Source: Candidatus Iainarchaeum sp. (GTDB taxonomy: Archaea; Iainarchaeota; Iainarchaeia; Iainarchaeales; Iainarchaeaceae). From it: 29,304 nucleotides of DNA. Below, piece after piece: positions 19,480 to 29,160 of this stretch (its first letter is position 1; each line of letters starts with the position of its first letter). The translations under genes and the position numbers were made by a program. The notes beneath the pieces are model-generated. The model saw nothing but the letters and a program-made list of their open reading frames with translations. It searched no databases and was not told where the DNA came from. Location: NCBI GenBank assembly GCA_043812975.1, contig JBDRLP010000040.1, positions 1 to 29,304 of the forward strand. Direction: 5' to 3'.

Positions 19480-19839
19480 ATGTTGTTAGAGGCTTTGACA
19501 GAGTTAGCAAGCTTTAATTTCAAGTGGTTTATAGACCTTGCAATCGGAAACCTATTCATAACTTTCGCACTTCTTGCAACATTTTACCTTTTCTTAGAGG
19601 GTCAAAATTTCATTAAAGGTTCAATAATTATTTTCATTACATTCTTTGCATTCTTTGACTTTGAGAAAGTACTTGGAATTCCTTTTTTCACTGGAAAATT
19701 CCTTGTAATTTACTATGCCACAAAACTTGCAGTTCTTGCACTCGCAGAAACCAATGAATTCCTGAAAAAAAGGCTTCTTTTCATCAGCGAACTTCAGTTT
19801 TACGGTGCTTTTGTTGTTTCGATTTTGTTCTTCAGGTGA
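19480..19839 (+). CDS. Hypothetical membrane protein
   Basis: AGGTGA RBS; several hydrophobic segments. Confidence 0.8.
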   Translation: MLLEALTELASFNFKWFIDLAIGNLFITFALLATFYLFLEGQNFIKGSIIIFITFFAFFDFEKVLGIPFFTGKFLVIYYATKLAVLALAETNEFLKKRLLFISELQFYGAFVVSILFFR

Positions 19840-20018
19840 TAAAAATGGGTTTATTGGAAAATTCAGGCATGACATTGAAAATTTTTATTATTTTTTATAT
19901 AGGGATATTTATTCTATCTGCAATAGGCATCGGACTTAGCAAATGGGCCTTCTCTTATGCGGGACTAATAGCTGTATTTCTTCTTGCATTAACTTATTCA
20001 TTCTATTTCAAGCTCTAA
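19836..20018 (+). CDS. Small two-TM membrane protein (start may be ATG 19845)
   Basis: AGGTGA RBS and overlap with the upstream gene; two hydrophobic stretches. Confidence 0.7.
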   Translation: MIKMGLLENSGMTLKIFIIFYIGIFILSAIGIGLSKWAFSYAGLIAVFLLALTYSFYFKL

Positions 20019-20061
20019 GGCTTTTAAACAAAACCCTACTTAATTAGCCTGAGGAAAAAAA

Positions 20062-20424
20062 ATGTTTCACTTGGGAAAAATAATTGAAGTTATTTCTGAT
20101 GAAGAACAGGGCAATAAATCAGCCGAGACTCAGAACCATGCTTTGGTTGAAACATGGGATGAAAACAAACTAATCTTTAAAGTTCACCCAAAAATTTCAA
20201 AAGAATTAAAGAAAAATGATTTTGTACTAATTGATTTCTCTCCAACTCCGGTTTCTAGCGCACCAGTACCAAGACATGAGGTAACCGCGATTATTAATCC
20301 TGAAAAAGGAAAAAAGCTTTGGGCTGAAATGAAATCCTATTTAGAAAAAAAGAAAAATGAAAAAAGAGAAAAAGGCATTCCTGTTTCACAGGATTTTTTC
20401 AACCAAGGAAACATGATCAGATAA
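20062..20424 (+). CDS. Hypothetical protein, possibly OB-fold-like
   Basis: GAGG RBS; GKIIEV...LKKNDFVLIDF pattern. Confidence 0.75.
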   Translation: MFHLGKIIEVISDEEQGNKSAETQNHALVETWDENKLIFKVHPKISKELKKNDFVLIDFSPTPVSSAPVPRHEVTAIINPEKGKKLWAEMKSYLEKKKNEKREKGIPVSQDFFNQGNMIR

Positions 20425-20447
20425 AACTGATTATCAAACAGAACTGA

Positions 20448-21047
20448 TTATTTGAAATCATTCAGATAAGGAATTTTAGAAACTTTTTCTTTTGTTTTAT
20501 CAAGGGCACTTACAAGTATTCCAAGCGTATCCCATGAACCATCAAGTAAACTCTTTCTTCTTGCTTCGGGAATTTCTATTGGAACAAACTCACCATTAAA
20601 AATAATTTTCTTGTTTTCAATATCAACAACAAATTCAGAATCGCTTTTACTAGCAGATTCCTGAAGTTTCTCAATAATCTTTTCTGAAACAATTATACAT
20701 GGAATTCCAAGCATTTGACAGGTGCCCGCGAAAATCTCAGCAAAACTTTCTCCTATAATGGCCTTGATTCCCCATCGCATTAATGCCTGAGGCGCATGTT
20801 CTCTTGAAGAACCGCATCCGAAATTCTTGTTCACAACAAGAACAGAAGCACCTTGGTATTTTGGGTCATTGAATGAATGTTCTTTTTCTTTTTTATTTTC
20901 ATCAAATCTAACATCATAAAAGGCAAACTTTCCTAAATCATCAAAGGTAACCGTCCTCATAAATCTGGCCGGAATAATCTCATCAGTATCAATATCATTT
21001 CCCTTAACAAGTATTGGTTTTCCTTTAACCTGTACTATTTTGTTCAT
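20448..21047 (-). CDS. leuD: 3-isopropylmalate dehydratase small subunit
   Basis: [27 protein letters not shown] and SFAEIF motifs. Confidence 0.95.
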   Translation of the reverse strand: MNKIVQVKGKPILVKGNDIDTDEIIPARFMRTVTFDDLGKFAFYDVRFDENKKEKEHSFNDPKYQGASVLVVNKNFGCGSSREHAPQALMRWGIKAIIGESFAEIFAGTCQMLGIPCIIVSEKIIEKLQESASKSDSEFVVDIENKKIIFNGEFVPIEIPEARRKSLLDGSWDTLGILVSALDKTKEKVSKIPYLNDFK

Positions 21048-22438
21048 AATATTTCCCTCACATCAGTAATTTTTCCATTAATTGCAGCAGCTGCAACCAT
21101 CGCAGGGCTCATTAAAATAGTTCTTCCGGTAGTACTTCCTTGTCTGCCCTTAAAATTTCTGTTAGATGTTGAAGCACAAATTTCTCTTCCATTTAACTTA
21201 TCAGGATTCATTGCAAGGCACATTGAACAACCTGAATCCCTCCACTCAAAACCTGCAGCAATAAATATTTTGTCAAGACCTTCTTCCTCAGCCTGCTTTT
21301 TCACTTGTTGGGAACCTGATACAACAAGAGCCCTTATATTTGAAGCAACTTTTTTTCCATCAATAATTTTTGCTGCTTCTCTTAAATCAGAAATCCTTCC
21401 GTTAGTACATGAACCAATGAATGCAACGTTGATTTTTTTTCCAAGCATTTGTTCATCCTCATTAAAACCCATGTACTGCAAAGCATCTTCACAAATTTTT
21501 TGCTCATTCTCAGGAAGGCTTTTTATTTTAGGGATTTTCTCAGTAACCCCTATTGCCTGGCCTGGAGTTATCCCCCAGGTAACCATTGGTTCTATTGCAG
21601 AACCGTCAATTGAATAAATATCACCGTAGTCAGCATTCGAATCAGAGGCAATGCTTTTCCAGAATTCTTTTGCTTTTTCAAAATTTTTTGAAACATATTC
21701 TTTCCCTTTCAAATAAGAGAAAGTTTTCTCATCAGGATTAATGTAACCTGCTCTTGCACCTCCTTCAATACTCATGTTGCACACAGTCATTCTTTCTTCA
21801 ATATTCATTTCCTCAAACACTTTTCCTGAGTACTCATAAGCATAACCAAGACCGCCTTTTACTCCAAGTTCTTTTATTATTCTTAATATAACATCTTTGG
21901 CAAAAACCCCTTTTGCAAGAGAACCATTAATCTCAATTTTCCTGACTTTTGGTTTTGCAATCGAAATGCATTGTGAGGCCAAAACATCTCTTATTTGTGA
22001 AGTACCAATTCCGAAAGCGATTGCACCAAACGCACCGTGAGTACTTGTATGTGAATCTCCGCAAGCAATAGTCATTCCTGGCTGCGCCAATCCAAGTTCA
22101 GCAGCAATGACATGTATAACTCCCTGCTTTCCTGTATCCGGACCAAAAAAAGTTATTTTTGATTCAGAAGTATTTTTTTCAATTGCAACCATCATTTCCT
22201 CTGCGAGAGAATCCCTGAACGGCCTTTCCCTGTTTTCAGTCGGGATTATATGATCAGCAGTGGCAAATGTTCTTTCAGGAAAAGCAACCTTAATGCCTTT
22301 CTCACGGAGCATTGCAAAAGCCTGAGGACTTGTAACCTCATGCATTAAATGTGTCCCTATAAATAACTGGCTCTCTCCATTAGGAAGTTTCTGAACCTCG
22401 TGCATTTGCCATACTTTGTTGAATAAGTTATCACTCAT
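21044..22438 (-). CDS. leuC: 3-isopropylmalate dehydratase large subunit (bacterial type)
   Basis: [42 protein letters not shown] and [12 protein letters not shown] motifs. Likely start [10 protein letters not shown] at 22438. Confidence 0.96.
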   Translation of the reverse strand: MSDNLFNKVWQMHEVQKLPNGESQLFIGTHLMHEVTSPQAFAMLREKGIKVAFPERTFATADHIIPTENRERPFRDSLAEEMMVAIEKNTSESKITFFGPDTGKQGVIHVIAAELGLAQPGMTIACGDSHTSTHGAFGAIAFGIGTSQIRDVLASQCISIAKPKVRKIEINGSLAKGVFAKDVILRIIKELGVKGGLGYAYEYSGKVFEEMNIEERMTVCNMSIEGGARAGYINPDEKTFSYLKGKEYVSKNFEKAKEFWKSIASDSNADYGDIYSIDGSAIEPMVTWGITPGQAIGVTEKIPKIKSLPENEQKICEDALQYMGFNEDEQMLGKKINVAFIGSCTNGRISDLREAAKIIDGKKVASNIRALVVSGSQQVKKQAEEEGLDKIFIAAGFEWRDSGCSMCLAMNPDKLNGREICASTSNRNFKGRQGSTTGRTILMSPAMVAAAAINGKITDVREIL

Positions 22439-22557
22439 ACAATCTAATGATTTAGGCATGGTTAGGTTTAAAATCTTAAACCAGAGTTCGAATTTTTTTA
22501 AACTATTCAATGGCCTAAAACAAAGCAATATAATAAGAATCTTAAATAATAGAGACT

Positions 22558-23037
22558 ATGAATTCAAAAATTGGTTTACCAATAATTATGGCATTTGCTT
22601 TGGTTCTTTTAGTAAGCGGATGTACTCAGGCACAGAATACAGAAAGTGATGCAATGGAAAACGTTATGGATAATGGCGCCCCGCAAGGAGATGCAATGGA
22701 AGATGATAGTATGATGGAAATAGAAAATACTATTACATATTCTGATGACGGTTTCTCCCCAAGCCCACTAACAATAAAAGTTGGTGAATCAGTCATATGG
22801 ATTAACAACTCTAGTATTGACATGTGGCCCGCAAGTGCAATGCACCCTATACACACAGCATATCCTGGTTCCGACATAAAGAAATGTGGTTCAACTCAAG
22901 AATCCTTGCTATTCGATGCTTGTAAGGGTATTTCCCCAGGCAACACGTACAGCTTCATTTTTAATGAGGCCGGCGAATGGTTCTACCATGACCACCTTAC
23001 ATCAGGAAATTTTGGGCAAGTTATTGTGAAATCTTAA
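22558..23037 (+). CDS. Cupredoxin-fold (plastocyanin/azurin-like) lipoprotein
   Basis: Signal peptide with LVSGC lipobox; FSPSPLTIKVGESVIWIN, MHPIH and GEWFYHDHL motifs. Confidence 0.8.
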   Translation: MNSKIGLPIIMAFALVLLVSGCTQAQNTESDAMENVMDNGAPQGDAMEDDSMMEIENTITYSDDGFSPSPLTIKVGESVIWINNSSIDMWPASAMHPIHTAYPGSDIKKCGSTQESLLFDACKGISPGNTYSFIFNEAGEWFYHDHLTSGNFGQVIVKS

Positions 23038-23072
23038 AAAACAACACACAGTTTGCCAAATTTTAAAATAAG

Positions 23073-23092
23073 GGATTTATCCCAATAAATCC
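23073..23092. promoter_or_regulatory. Perfect 8-4-8 inverted repeat (terminator or metal-regulator operator)
   Basis: GGATTTAT-CCCA-ATAAATCC followed by a T-rich tract, upstream of the ZIP gene. Confidence 0.45.
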
Positions 23093-23147
23093 TAAATTTC
23101 TTTCTTTTTTAAATTAGTTTAAAAATACTAACTTTAATTATTTTCTA

Positions 23148-23897
23148 ATGACTGATGCTTGGATTTATGCAATTGCAAGTGTAATCATAGTAAGCTTGAT
23201 TTCTCTTATAGGGATTTTTACATTTTCAATTGAATTAGAAAAACTCAAAAAATATTTGCACTATTTTGTGAGTTTCTCTGCCGGAGCATTATTGGGCGGT
23301 GCTTTTATACACCTCATTCCTGAAATTGTTGAGGAATATGGTTTTGTAACAGAAATTTCAGCGTTCATTCTAATAGGAATTATTTTTTCTTTTGTACTTG
23401 AAAAAATTATCCGATGGAGACATTGCCACACCCCTACCTCAGATGAACACCCACATCCCTTTGCAATAATGAATCTTGTCGGAGATGGGTTTCACAATTT
23501 TTTAGATGGCTTAATTATAGGGGCTAGTTATCTGATTAGTATCCCAGTAGGTATTGCTACAACTGTTGCTGTTATTTTGCACGAAATTCCTCAGGAAATC
23601 GGAGACTTTGGAGTTTTAATTCACGGAGGATTTTCAAGAAAGAAAGCTCTTACTCTTAATTTTTTGAGTGCACTCGTTGCAATAATAGGAGTATTAATTG
23701 CCTTGACTTTAACCTCTTTTGTTGACAATCTTACTCTTTATTTAGTTCCTTTTGCAGCAGGAACCTTCATTTACATTGCAGGTTCTGATTTAATTCCGGA
23801 ACTTCACAAAAATGATGGCACTATACAATCAATAATAGAATTAATTGTATTCATTTTAGGAATAGCAATAATGGCTGCGCTTCTAATGATTAGTTGA
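23148..23897 (+). CDS. ZIP-family divalent metal transporter
   Basis: FSAGALLG, HLIPE, His-rich loop, HNFLDG, HEIPQEIGDFGVL and DLIPE motifs. Confidence 0.93.
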   Translation: MTDAWIYAIASVIIVSLISLIGIFTFSIELEKLKKYLHYFVSFSAGALLGGAFIHLIPEIVEEYGFVTEISAFILIGIIFSFVLEKIIRWRHCHTPTSDEHPHPFAIMNLVGDGFHNFLDGLIIGASYLISIPVGIATTVAVILHEIPQEIGDFGVLIHGGFSRKKALTLNFLSALVAIIGVLIALTLTSFVDNLTLYLVPFAAGTFIYIAGSDLIPELHKNDGTIQSIIELIVFILGIAIMAALLMIS

Positions 23898-23902
23898 TAT
23901 AG

Positions 23903-24454
23903 ATGACTTTAACACCTTCAAATTATGCTGTTCTGAAAAAAGGAGATACGGCTCCTGATTTTGATTTATTAGGAACTGATGGGAAAACTCATTCACTGGA
24001 AAAAACAGGAAAAGTCTATTTGGTTATTTTTATGTGCAACCACTGCCCTTACGTGGTTCCGAAATTCAAATATCTGAAAGAATTGTTTGAAAAATATGAA
24101 AGCAAGGGTTTGGTTATGGTTGGGATTAACAGCAATGATACTGAATCATATGGTGAAGATGATATGGAACATATGAAAGAATATTATATTGAACAGGGCT
24201 TCAGGTTTTCTTACTTATTGGATGAAACACAGGAAGTTGCAAAAAAATATGGTGCTGCCTGTACTCCAGACCCATTCTTGTTTGATGCAAAAAAGAAACT
24301 TGTATACCACGGCAGGATTGATGATGCTCATATGAAAGAACACGAAAAAGCAAAAACCAATGAACTTGAAGAAGCAATAAAGCAGGTTCTTGAAGGAAAA
24401 GAAGTTACTGTGAAGGAAGAACCTTCTCTTGGGTGTAATGTGAAGTGGAAATAA
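23903..24454 (+). CDS. Thioredoxin-fold protein (AhpC/TSA-like)
   Basis: APDFDL, FMCNHCPYV, GINSND, ACTPD, YHGRIDD and SLGCNVKWK motifs. Confidence 0.92.
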   Translation: MTLTPSNYAVLKKGDTAPDFDLLGTDGKTHSLEKTGKVYLVIFMCNHCPYVVPKFKYLKELFEKYESKGLVMVGINSNDTESYGEDDMEHMKEYYIEQGFRFSYLLDETQEVAKKYGAACTPDPFLFDAKKKLVYHGRIDDAHMKEHEKAKTNELEEAIKQVLEGKEVTVKEEPSLGCNVKWK

Positions 24455-24543
24455 TGAGCTGTAAATGTTTTAAGGATAAAAACCAAAAATGGCATTTGTG
24501 CAAACCGTGTTTGGAATATTTGTACAGGGATTATAAGCCTTAA
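24454..24543 (+). CDS. Putative 29-aa Cys-rich microprotein
   Basis: TAATG overlap with the upstream gene; MSCKCFKDKNQKWHLCKPCLEYLYRDYKP. Confidence 0.45.
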   Translation: MSCKCFKDKNQKWHLCKPCLEYLYRDYKP

Positions 24544-24550
24544 CTTTACA

Positions 24551-24606
24551 GTCCTACCGAGTCCTTGCGGACGAGGTGGACGCGCACCTCACAGCCGCAA
24601 CTGTGA
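24551..24606. repeat. Structured GC-rich repeat, copy C
   Basis: GTCCTACCGAGTCC-TTGC-GGACGAGGTGGACGCG-CACC-TCACAG-CCGCAA-CTGTGA, abutting the carB stop. Confidence 0.85.
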
Positions 24607-27600
24607 TTAAAGGTAATCTTTCCATGGAATTATTTCCAAATCTTTTTCTTTAAGCCTTACAATTGAATGCAAAAATGCTTTTGCAATCTGAAGGTTTGTA
24701 ATCAAAGGAACATTATAATCAATAACCATTCTTCTAATATCATATTTAGGGTCTGTTGCAATTTGTCTGAAAGGATCTGCAACAGTTATCACAAGATCTA
24801 ATTCATTTTTCTGTAATTTTGAAAGAACATTTGGTTGTTTTTCCTCATGCAATTTATGAACTGTTTCACAATCAATTCCATTTTCACTAAGGAATTCGCT
24901 AGTATGGTCAGTTGCAAAAATATTATACCCTACGTCTGCAAGTTCAATTATTTCAGGAAGTAATTTTTCCTTATTAGACTGGCCTGTTAAGGAAATCAGA
25001 ATATTCTTTTTTGGAATCGTGTAACCAGTGCTAAGTAAAGATTTCAGGAATGCATCTTCAAAAGTTGTTCCTATACAAGCTACCTCTCCAGTGGAAGCCA
25101 TTTCAACCCCGGAAATAGGATCTGCGCCTTTTAATCTTGAAAAGGAAAACTGAGGCGCCTTAACACCAACATGATCTAATTCTAAAAAAGAGTGATTGTT
25201 ATCAGGAATTTCTTCCCCCATAATTGCTCTTGTTGCTATTCCAATGAAATTTGTTCCTGTTACCTTTGAAACAAAAGGTATTGAACGAGAAGCACGCAAA
25301 TTAACCTCAATAACCTTAACCTCATTATCTTTAGCAATAAACTGAATATTGAAAGGACCTGAAATTTCAAGCGAAGCAGCCATTTTGGAGGCAATTTTTT
25401 TCATTTTTGAAACCGTGGCTAAATAGGTTTTCTGAGGCGGAAGCACCATAGTAGCATCTCCGGAGTGAACTCCTGCATTCTCAATGTGTTCAGTAACCGC
25501 AATAACAACAATCTTTCCGTTCTCAGCAACAGCATCAATTTCAACTTCCTTAGCATTCAAAATGAATTTGCTAATGACTACGGGATAATCCTCATCTAAA
25601 GAAGTAGCTGCAGTAAGATACTGTTCAAGTTCTTCTTCATTAAAAGCAACAGCCATTGCAGAACCACTAAGCACATAAGAAGGCCGGATTAAAACAGGAT
25701 ACGAAACTTTTTCCGCAAACTTTTTTGCTTCAACAAGAGTTGTTAATTCTTTCCATTCTGGTTGAGGAACCCCCAACTCATCACAAAGTGAACTGAACTT
25801 ATTCCGGTCTTCTGCAGTATCAATTTTATTAGGAGAAGTTCCGAGAACATTCAAACCAAGCTGCTGGCACTTTAATGCCAAATTGTTTGGAATCTGCCCT
25901 CCGACAGAAACAATCAACCCGATAGGATTTTCCTTTTCATAAATATCAGCAACATTTTCAAGGGAAAGCTCATCAAAGTAAAGCTTATCACATTCATCAT
26001 AATCTGTTGAAACAGTTTCAGGATTAAAGTTAATCATTATTGTTTCATAACCAAGTTCTTTGAGTTCTTTTACGCAAGAAACACAACAAAAATCAAATTC
26101 AACACTCGAACCAATCTTATAAGCCCCTGAACCTAAAACTATAACTTTCTTTTTTCCCTCAAAATCAATATCATCCTCAATACCATTATAAGTCATGTAC
26201 AAATAATTTGTTTGTGCAGGGTATTCTGCGGCAAGAGTATCAATTTGTTTTACAACAGAGAATATTTCCATTGTTTTTCTTTTTTCACGGACATATTTTT
26301 CACTAACATTATTCAAAAGCATTGCAATTTGTTTATCAGAAAACCCCTGTTTCTTTGCTTTAACCAAAAGTTCTCTGGAAATTGAATCTATGGTTTCTGT
26401 TTCAATTATTTTCTTTGTATCAACAACATTCTTTATTTTGTATAAGAACCATTTATCAATTTTTGAAGCAGAATGAATTTTATCAATCGAAATTCCTTTT
26501 TCCATTGCTTCAACAATTGCAAAAACTCTCTGGTCAGTCGGATACTTAACTTCATGAACAAGTTTTTTGAAATAAACCTTGTTTCCAACCAAACCATACA
26601 TTCCAATGTGAAGCATTCTGATTGCTTTTTGAATTGCTTCCTCAAAAGTTTTTCCGATTGCCATTACTTCTCCTACACTTTTCATTTCAGTTCCTATTCT
26701 TTTAGAAACATTCCTGAATTTTTGCAGATCCCACCGGGGAATTTTAACAACAATATAATCCAAAGCAGGTTCAAAGCACGCTTTTGTTGTTTTAGTAACC
26801 TGATTTTCCAGATCAAGGAGCGAATACCCCAAACCTAATTTTGCTGCTACAAATGCAAGAGGATACCCAGTTGCTTTTGATGCAAGAGCTGAGCTTCTTG
26901 ATAATCTTGCATTAACCTCAATAACCCTGTACTCATCATTTTCAGGGTTTAAAGCGAACTGAATATTACATTCCCCTATAATCCCCAAACGCCTGATTAC
27001 TCTGATAGAAATTTCCCTGAGCTTATGGTACTCGTGATTATCAAGGGTTTGAGAAGGAGCAACTACAATAGATTCCCCAGTATGAATCCCGAGAGGATCA
27101 AAGTTTTCCATATTACAAACAGTAATGCAATTATCAAAAGCATCTCTGACAACCTCATACTCAATTTCCTTCCAACCGGATAAACATTCTTCTACAAGAA
27201 TTTGTTCTGAATACTTGAAAGCTTTCTGAGCAGTATCTTCCAATTCTTCCATTGTTTTTACAACACCAGAACCTTTTCCTCCAAGAGCAAAAGCTGCACG
27301 AACCATTACAGGATAAGAAATTTTTTCCGCAGCACCAAGAGCCTCTTCCACAGAATTAACTGCAAATGATTTTGGAGTGTCAACATTAACCGCATTAAGT
27401 TCATGTTTGAATAATTCCCTGTCTTCAGTAAGCTGAATTGTTTTAACAGGAGTTCCAAGAACTTTCACTTTATGCTTTTTTAACACACCTTTATTTTCTA
27501 ATTCAAAACCACAATTCAAAGCAGTTTGTCCTCCGAAAGAAAGTAAAATCCCGTCTGGTTTTTCCTTTTCAATTACTTTTTCAACAAAATAAGGAGTTAC

Positions 27601-27836
27601 AGGTAAAAAATAAACCTGATCCGCAAAACCTTTTGAGGTTTGAACCGTGGCAATGTTCGGGTTGATAACTATCGTTTTTATACCCTCTTCTCTGAGTGCT
27701 TTTATGGCCTGCGAACCGGAGTAGTCGAATAGACGGCAAGCATAGAACTGAATCAGACCCATAACCTGCTTTCGCCGGCCTGTCCGATTTGCAGGGCGCC
27801 AGAACCTAAGATCAAAACTTTTTTTGGTTTATCCAT
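24607..27836 (-). CDS. carB: Carbamoyl-phosphate synthase large subunit; exon 1 27836-27771 and exon 2 27729-24607 (1062 aa when joined)
   Basis: GGAGGTGA RBS, then MDKPKKVLILGSGALQIGQAGE | FDYSGSQAIKAL. Both ATP-grasp halves and the C-terminal MGS domain are intact. Confidence 0.95.
27730..27770 (-). other. Putative 41-nt archaeal BHB/BHL-type mRNA intron
   Basis: The insert breaks the frame and contains a stop. It forms a GGCG/CGUC 4-bp helix with AA^A and UA^U cut sites and an internal hairpin. Removal restores GAA|TTC. Confidence 0.85.
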
Positions 27837-28077
27837 TGTTCACCTCCGCCTTAACTTTCCACATATAAGACCTGTTAAGTGCAACTCTTCCGTCTCTCTC
27901 TATTAAACCTTGTTTCTCCATTTTAATAAGTCTTTTTAGGGTGAAAGTTTTACCAAAATTTAAAGATTTTGCAAGTTCTCCTATAGATAAACCCTTTTTG
28001 GGTTCATTGCCGGTGCAAACTTTTTTTGGTTTTTGAATTTCGTTTTCTTCGATTTTTTTTCCTGTCAATTCAAACAC
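27829..28077 (-). CDS. Small winged helix-turn-helix protein between carA and carB
   Basis: GLSIGELAKSLNFGKTFTLKRLIKMEKQGLIER. Its GTG start directly follows the carA stop, and it overlaps the carB start. Confidence 0.7.
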   Translation of the reverse strand: MFELTGKKIEENEIQKPKKVCTGNEPKKGLSIGELAKSLNFGKTFTLKRLIKMEKQGLIERDGRVALNRSYMWKVKAEVNNG

Positions 28078-29160
28078 CTATTTTATAATCTCCATGAATT
28101 TATCAAACAAATAATTTGTATCCACAGGACCAGGACTTGCTTCAGGGTGGAACTGAACTGAAAAGAACGGTTTGTGTTTGTGTCTTATTCCTTCTACAGT
28201 ATCATCGTTTGCGTTTTTCATCCAGACTTCCCAGTTAGATGGAAGAGTTGCTTCCTTTATTGCAAAACCATGGTTTTGGGAAGTAATGAAGAACTTTTTT
28301 TTACCTGAAATATAACAAGGCTGATTTTGTGATCTGTGACCATACTTTAATTTATAAGTGTCAGCACCTGCAGCTAAACCAAGCAATTGGTTTCCTAAGC
28401 ATATTCCAAAAATTGGAATTTCTTTTTCCATTGTTTTTTTAATATTCTCAATTGTTTCCCTGCACATTTTAGGGTCTCCGGGACCATTGCTAATGAAAAG
28501 ACCGTCAAAGTTTTTGTGTTCAAATTTTTCATCAAAAAAATCAAAATCCCACGGAACCCTAACAACCTGAACACCTCTTTTCAGGAACTCATGAATAATA
28601 TTATTCTTAACCCCGCAATCAATTAGTAAAACTTTTTTTCCAGATTTTCCGCCGTAGGCAACAGGCTTATGAATGCTTACTTCTTCCACTAGATTTTCTT
28701 TGTTCGGATCATAAAAATCAATGTCCTTATCATTAATCACTATTTTTCCAAGCATTGTTCCTTTTTCACGCAGGATTTTTGTCAAAGACCTGATATCAAT
28801 TCCGGTAATGGCAGGAATCTTTTCTTTGACTAACCATTCACCTAAAGATTTTGAAGCTGAATGATGTGAATAACCCTCTGAATAATCCTGTACAACCAGC
28901 CCCTGAACCTGGATTTTATGCGATTCAAAATTTTTTATCAACTGATTTTCAAGAACTTTGTTCGGAACACCATAATTACCTACTAAAGGATAAGTAAAGC
29001 ATAATATCTGACCAGCATAGCTTGGATCAGTAAGAGATTCAGGATAACCAACCATTCCTGTGTTAAAAACAACTTCCCCGGCGGTTGAAAAAGGAAAACC
29101 AAATGAAGTTCCTTCAAACGTAGTGCCGTCCTCTAAAATTAGCTTTGCATTCATACCCAT
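28078..29160 (-). CDS. carA: Carbamoyl-phosphate synthase small subunit
   Basis: GEVVFNTGMVGYPESLTDPSY, SNGPGDP, FGICLG, SQNHGFA and VQFHPEASPGP motifs. A GGAGGT RBS favours ATG 29160. Confidence 0.97.
   Translation of the reverse strand: MGMNAKLILEDGTTFEGTSFGFPFSTAGEVVFNTGMVGYPESLTDPSYAGQILCFTYPLVGNYGVPNKVLENQLIKNFESHKIQVQGLVVQDYSEGYSHHSASKSLGEWLVKEKIPAITGIDIRSLTKILREKGTMLGKIVINDKDIDFYDPNKENLVEEVSIHKPVAYGGKSGKKVLLIDCGVKNNIIHEFLKRGVQVVRVPWDFDFFDEKFEHKNFDGLFISNGPGDPKMCRETIENIKKTMEKEIPIFGICLGNQLLGLAAGADTYKLKYGHRSQNQPCYISGKKKFFITSQNHGFAIKEATLPSNWEVWMKNANDDTVEGIRHKHKPFFSVQFHPEASPGPVDTNYLFDKFMEIIK

Noticed and set aside
24555..24580. Hammerhead ribozyme resemblance (GAGTCC-N4-GGACGA)
   Set aside because: The catalytic core CUGAUGA and GAAA are absent (CUACCGA and GAGG instead).
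27730..27762. ORF-track carB start MGLIQFYACRL
   Set aside because: This ATG lies inside the insert, lacks an RBS and would drop the conserved N-terminal KVLILGSG..IGQAGE strand.
163..28570. Numerous antisense or nested ORFs in the track (e.g. 163-495, 3848-4273, 12326-12892, 21270-21617, 26473-26838)
   Set aside because: They are shadows of well-supported genes and have no motifs of their own.
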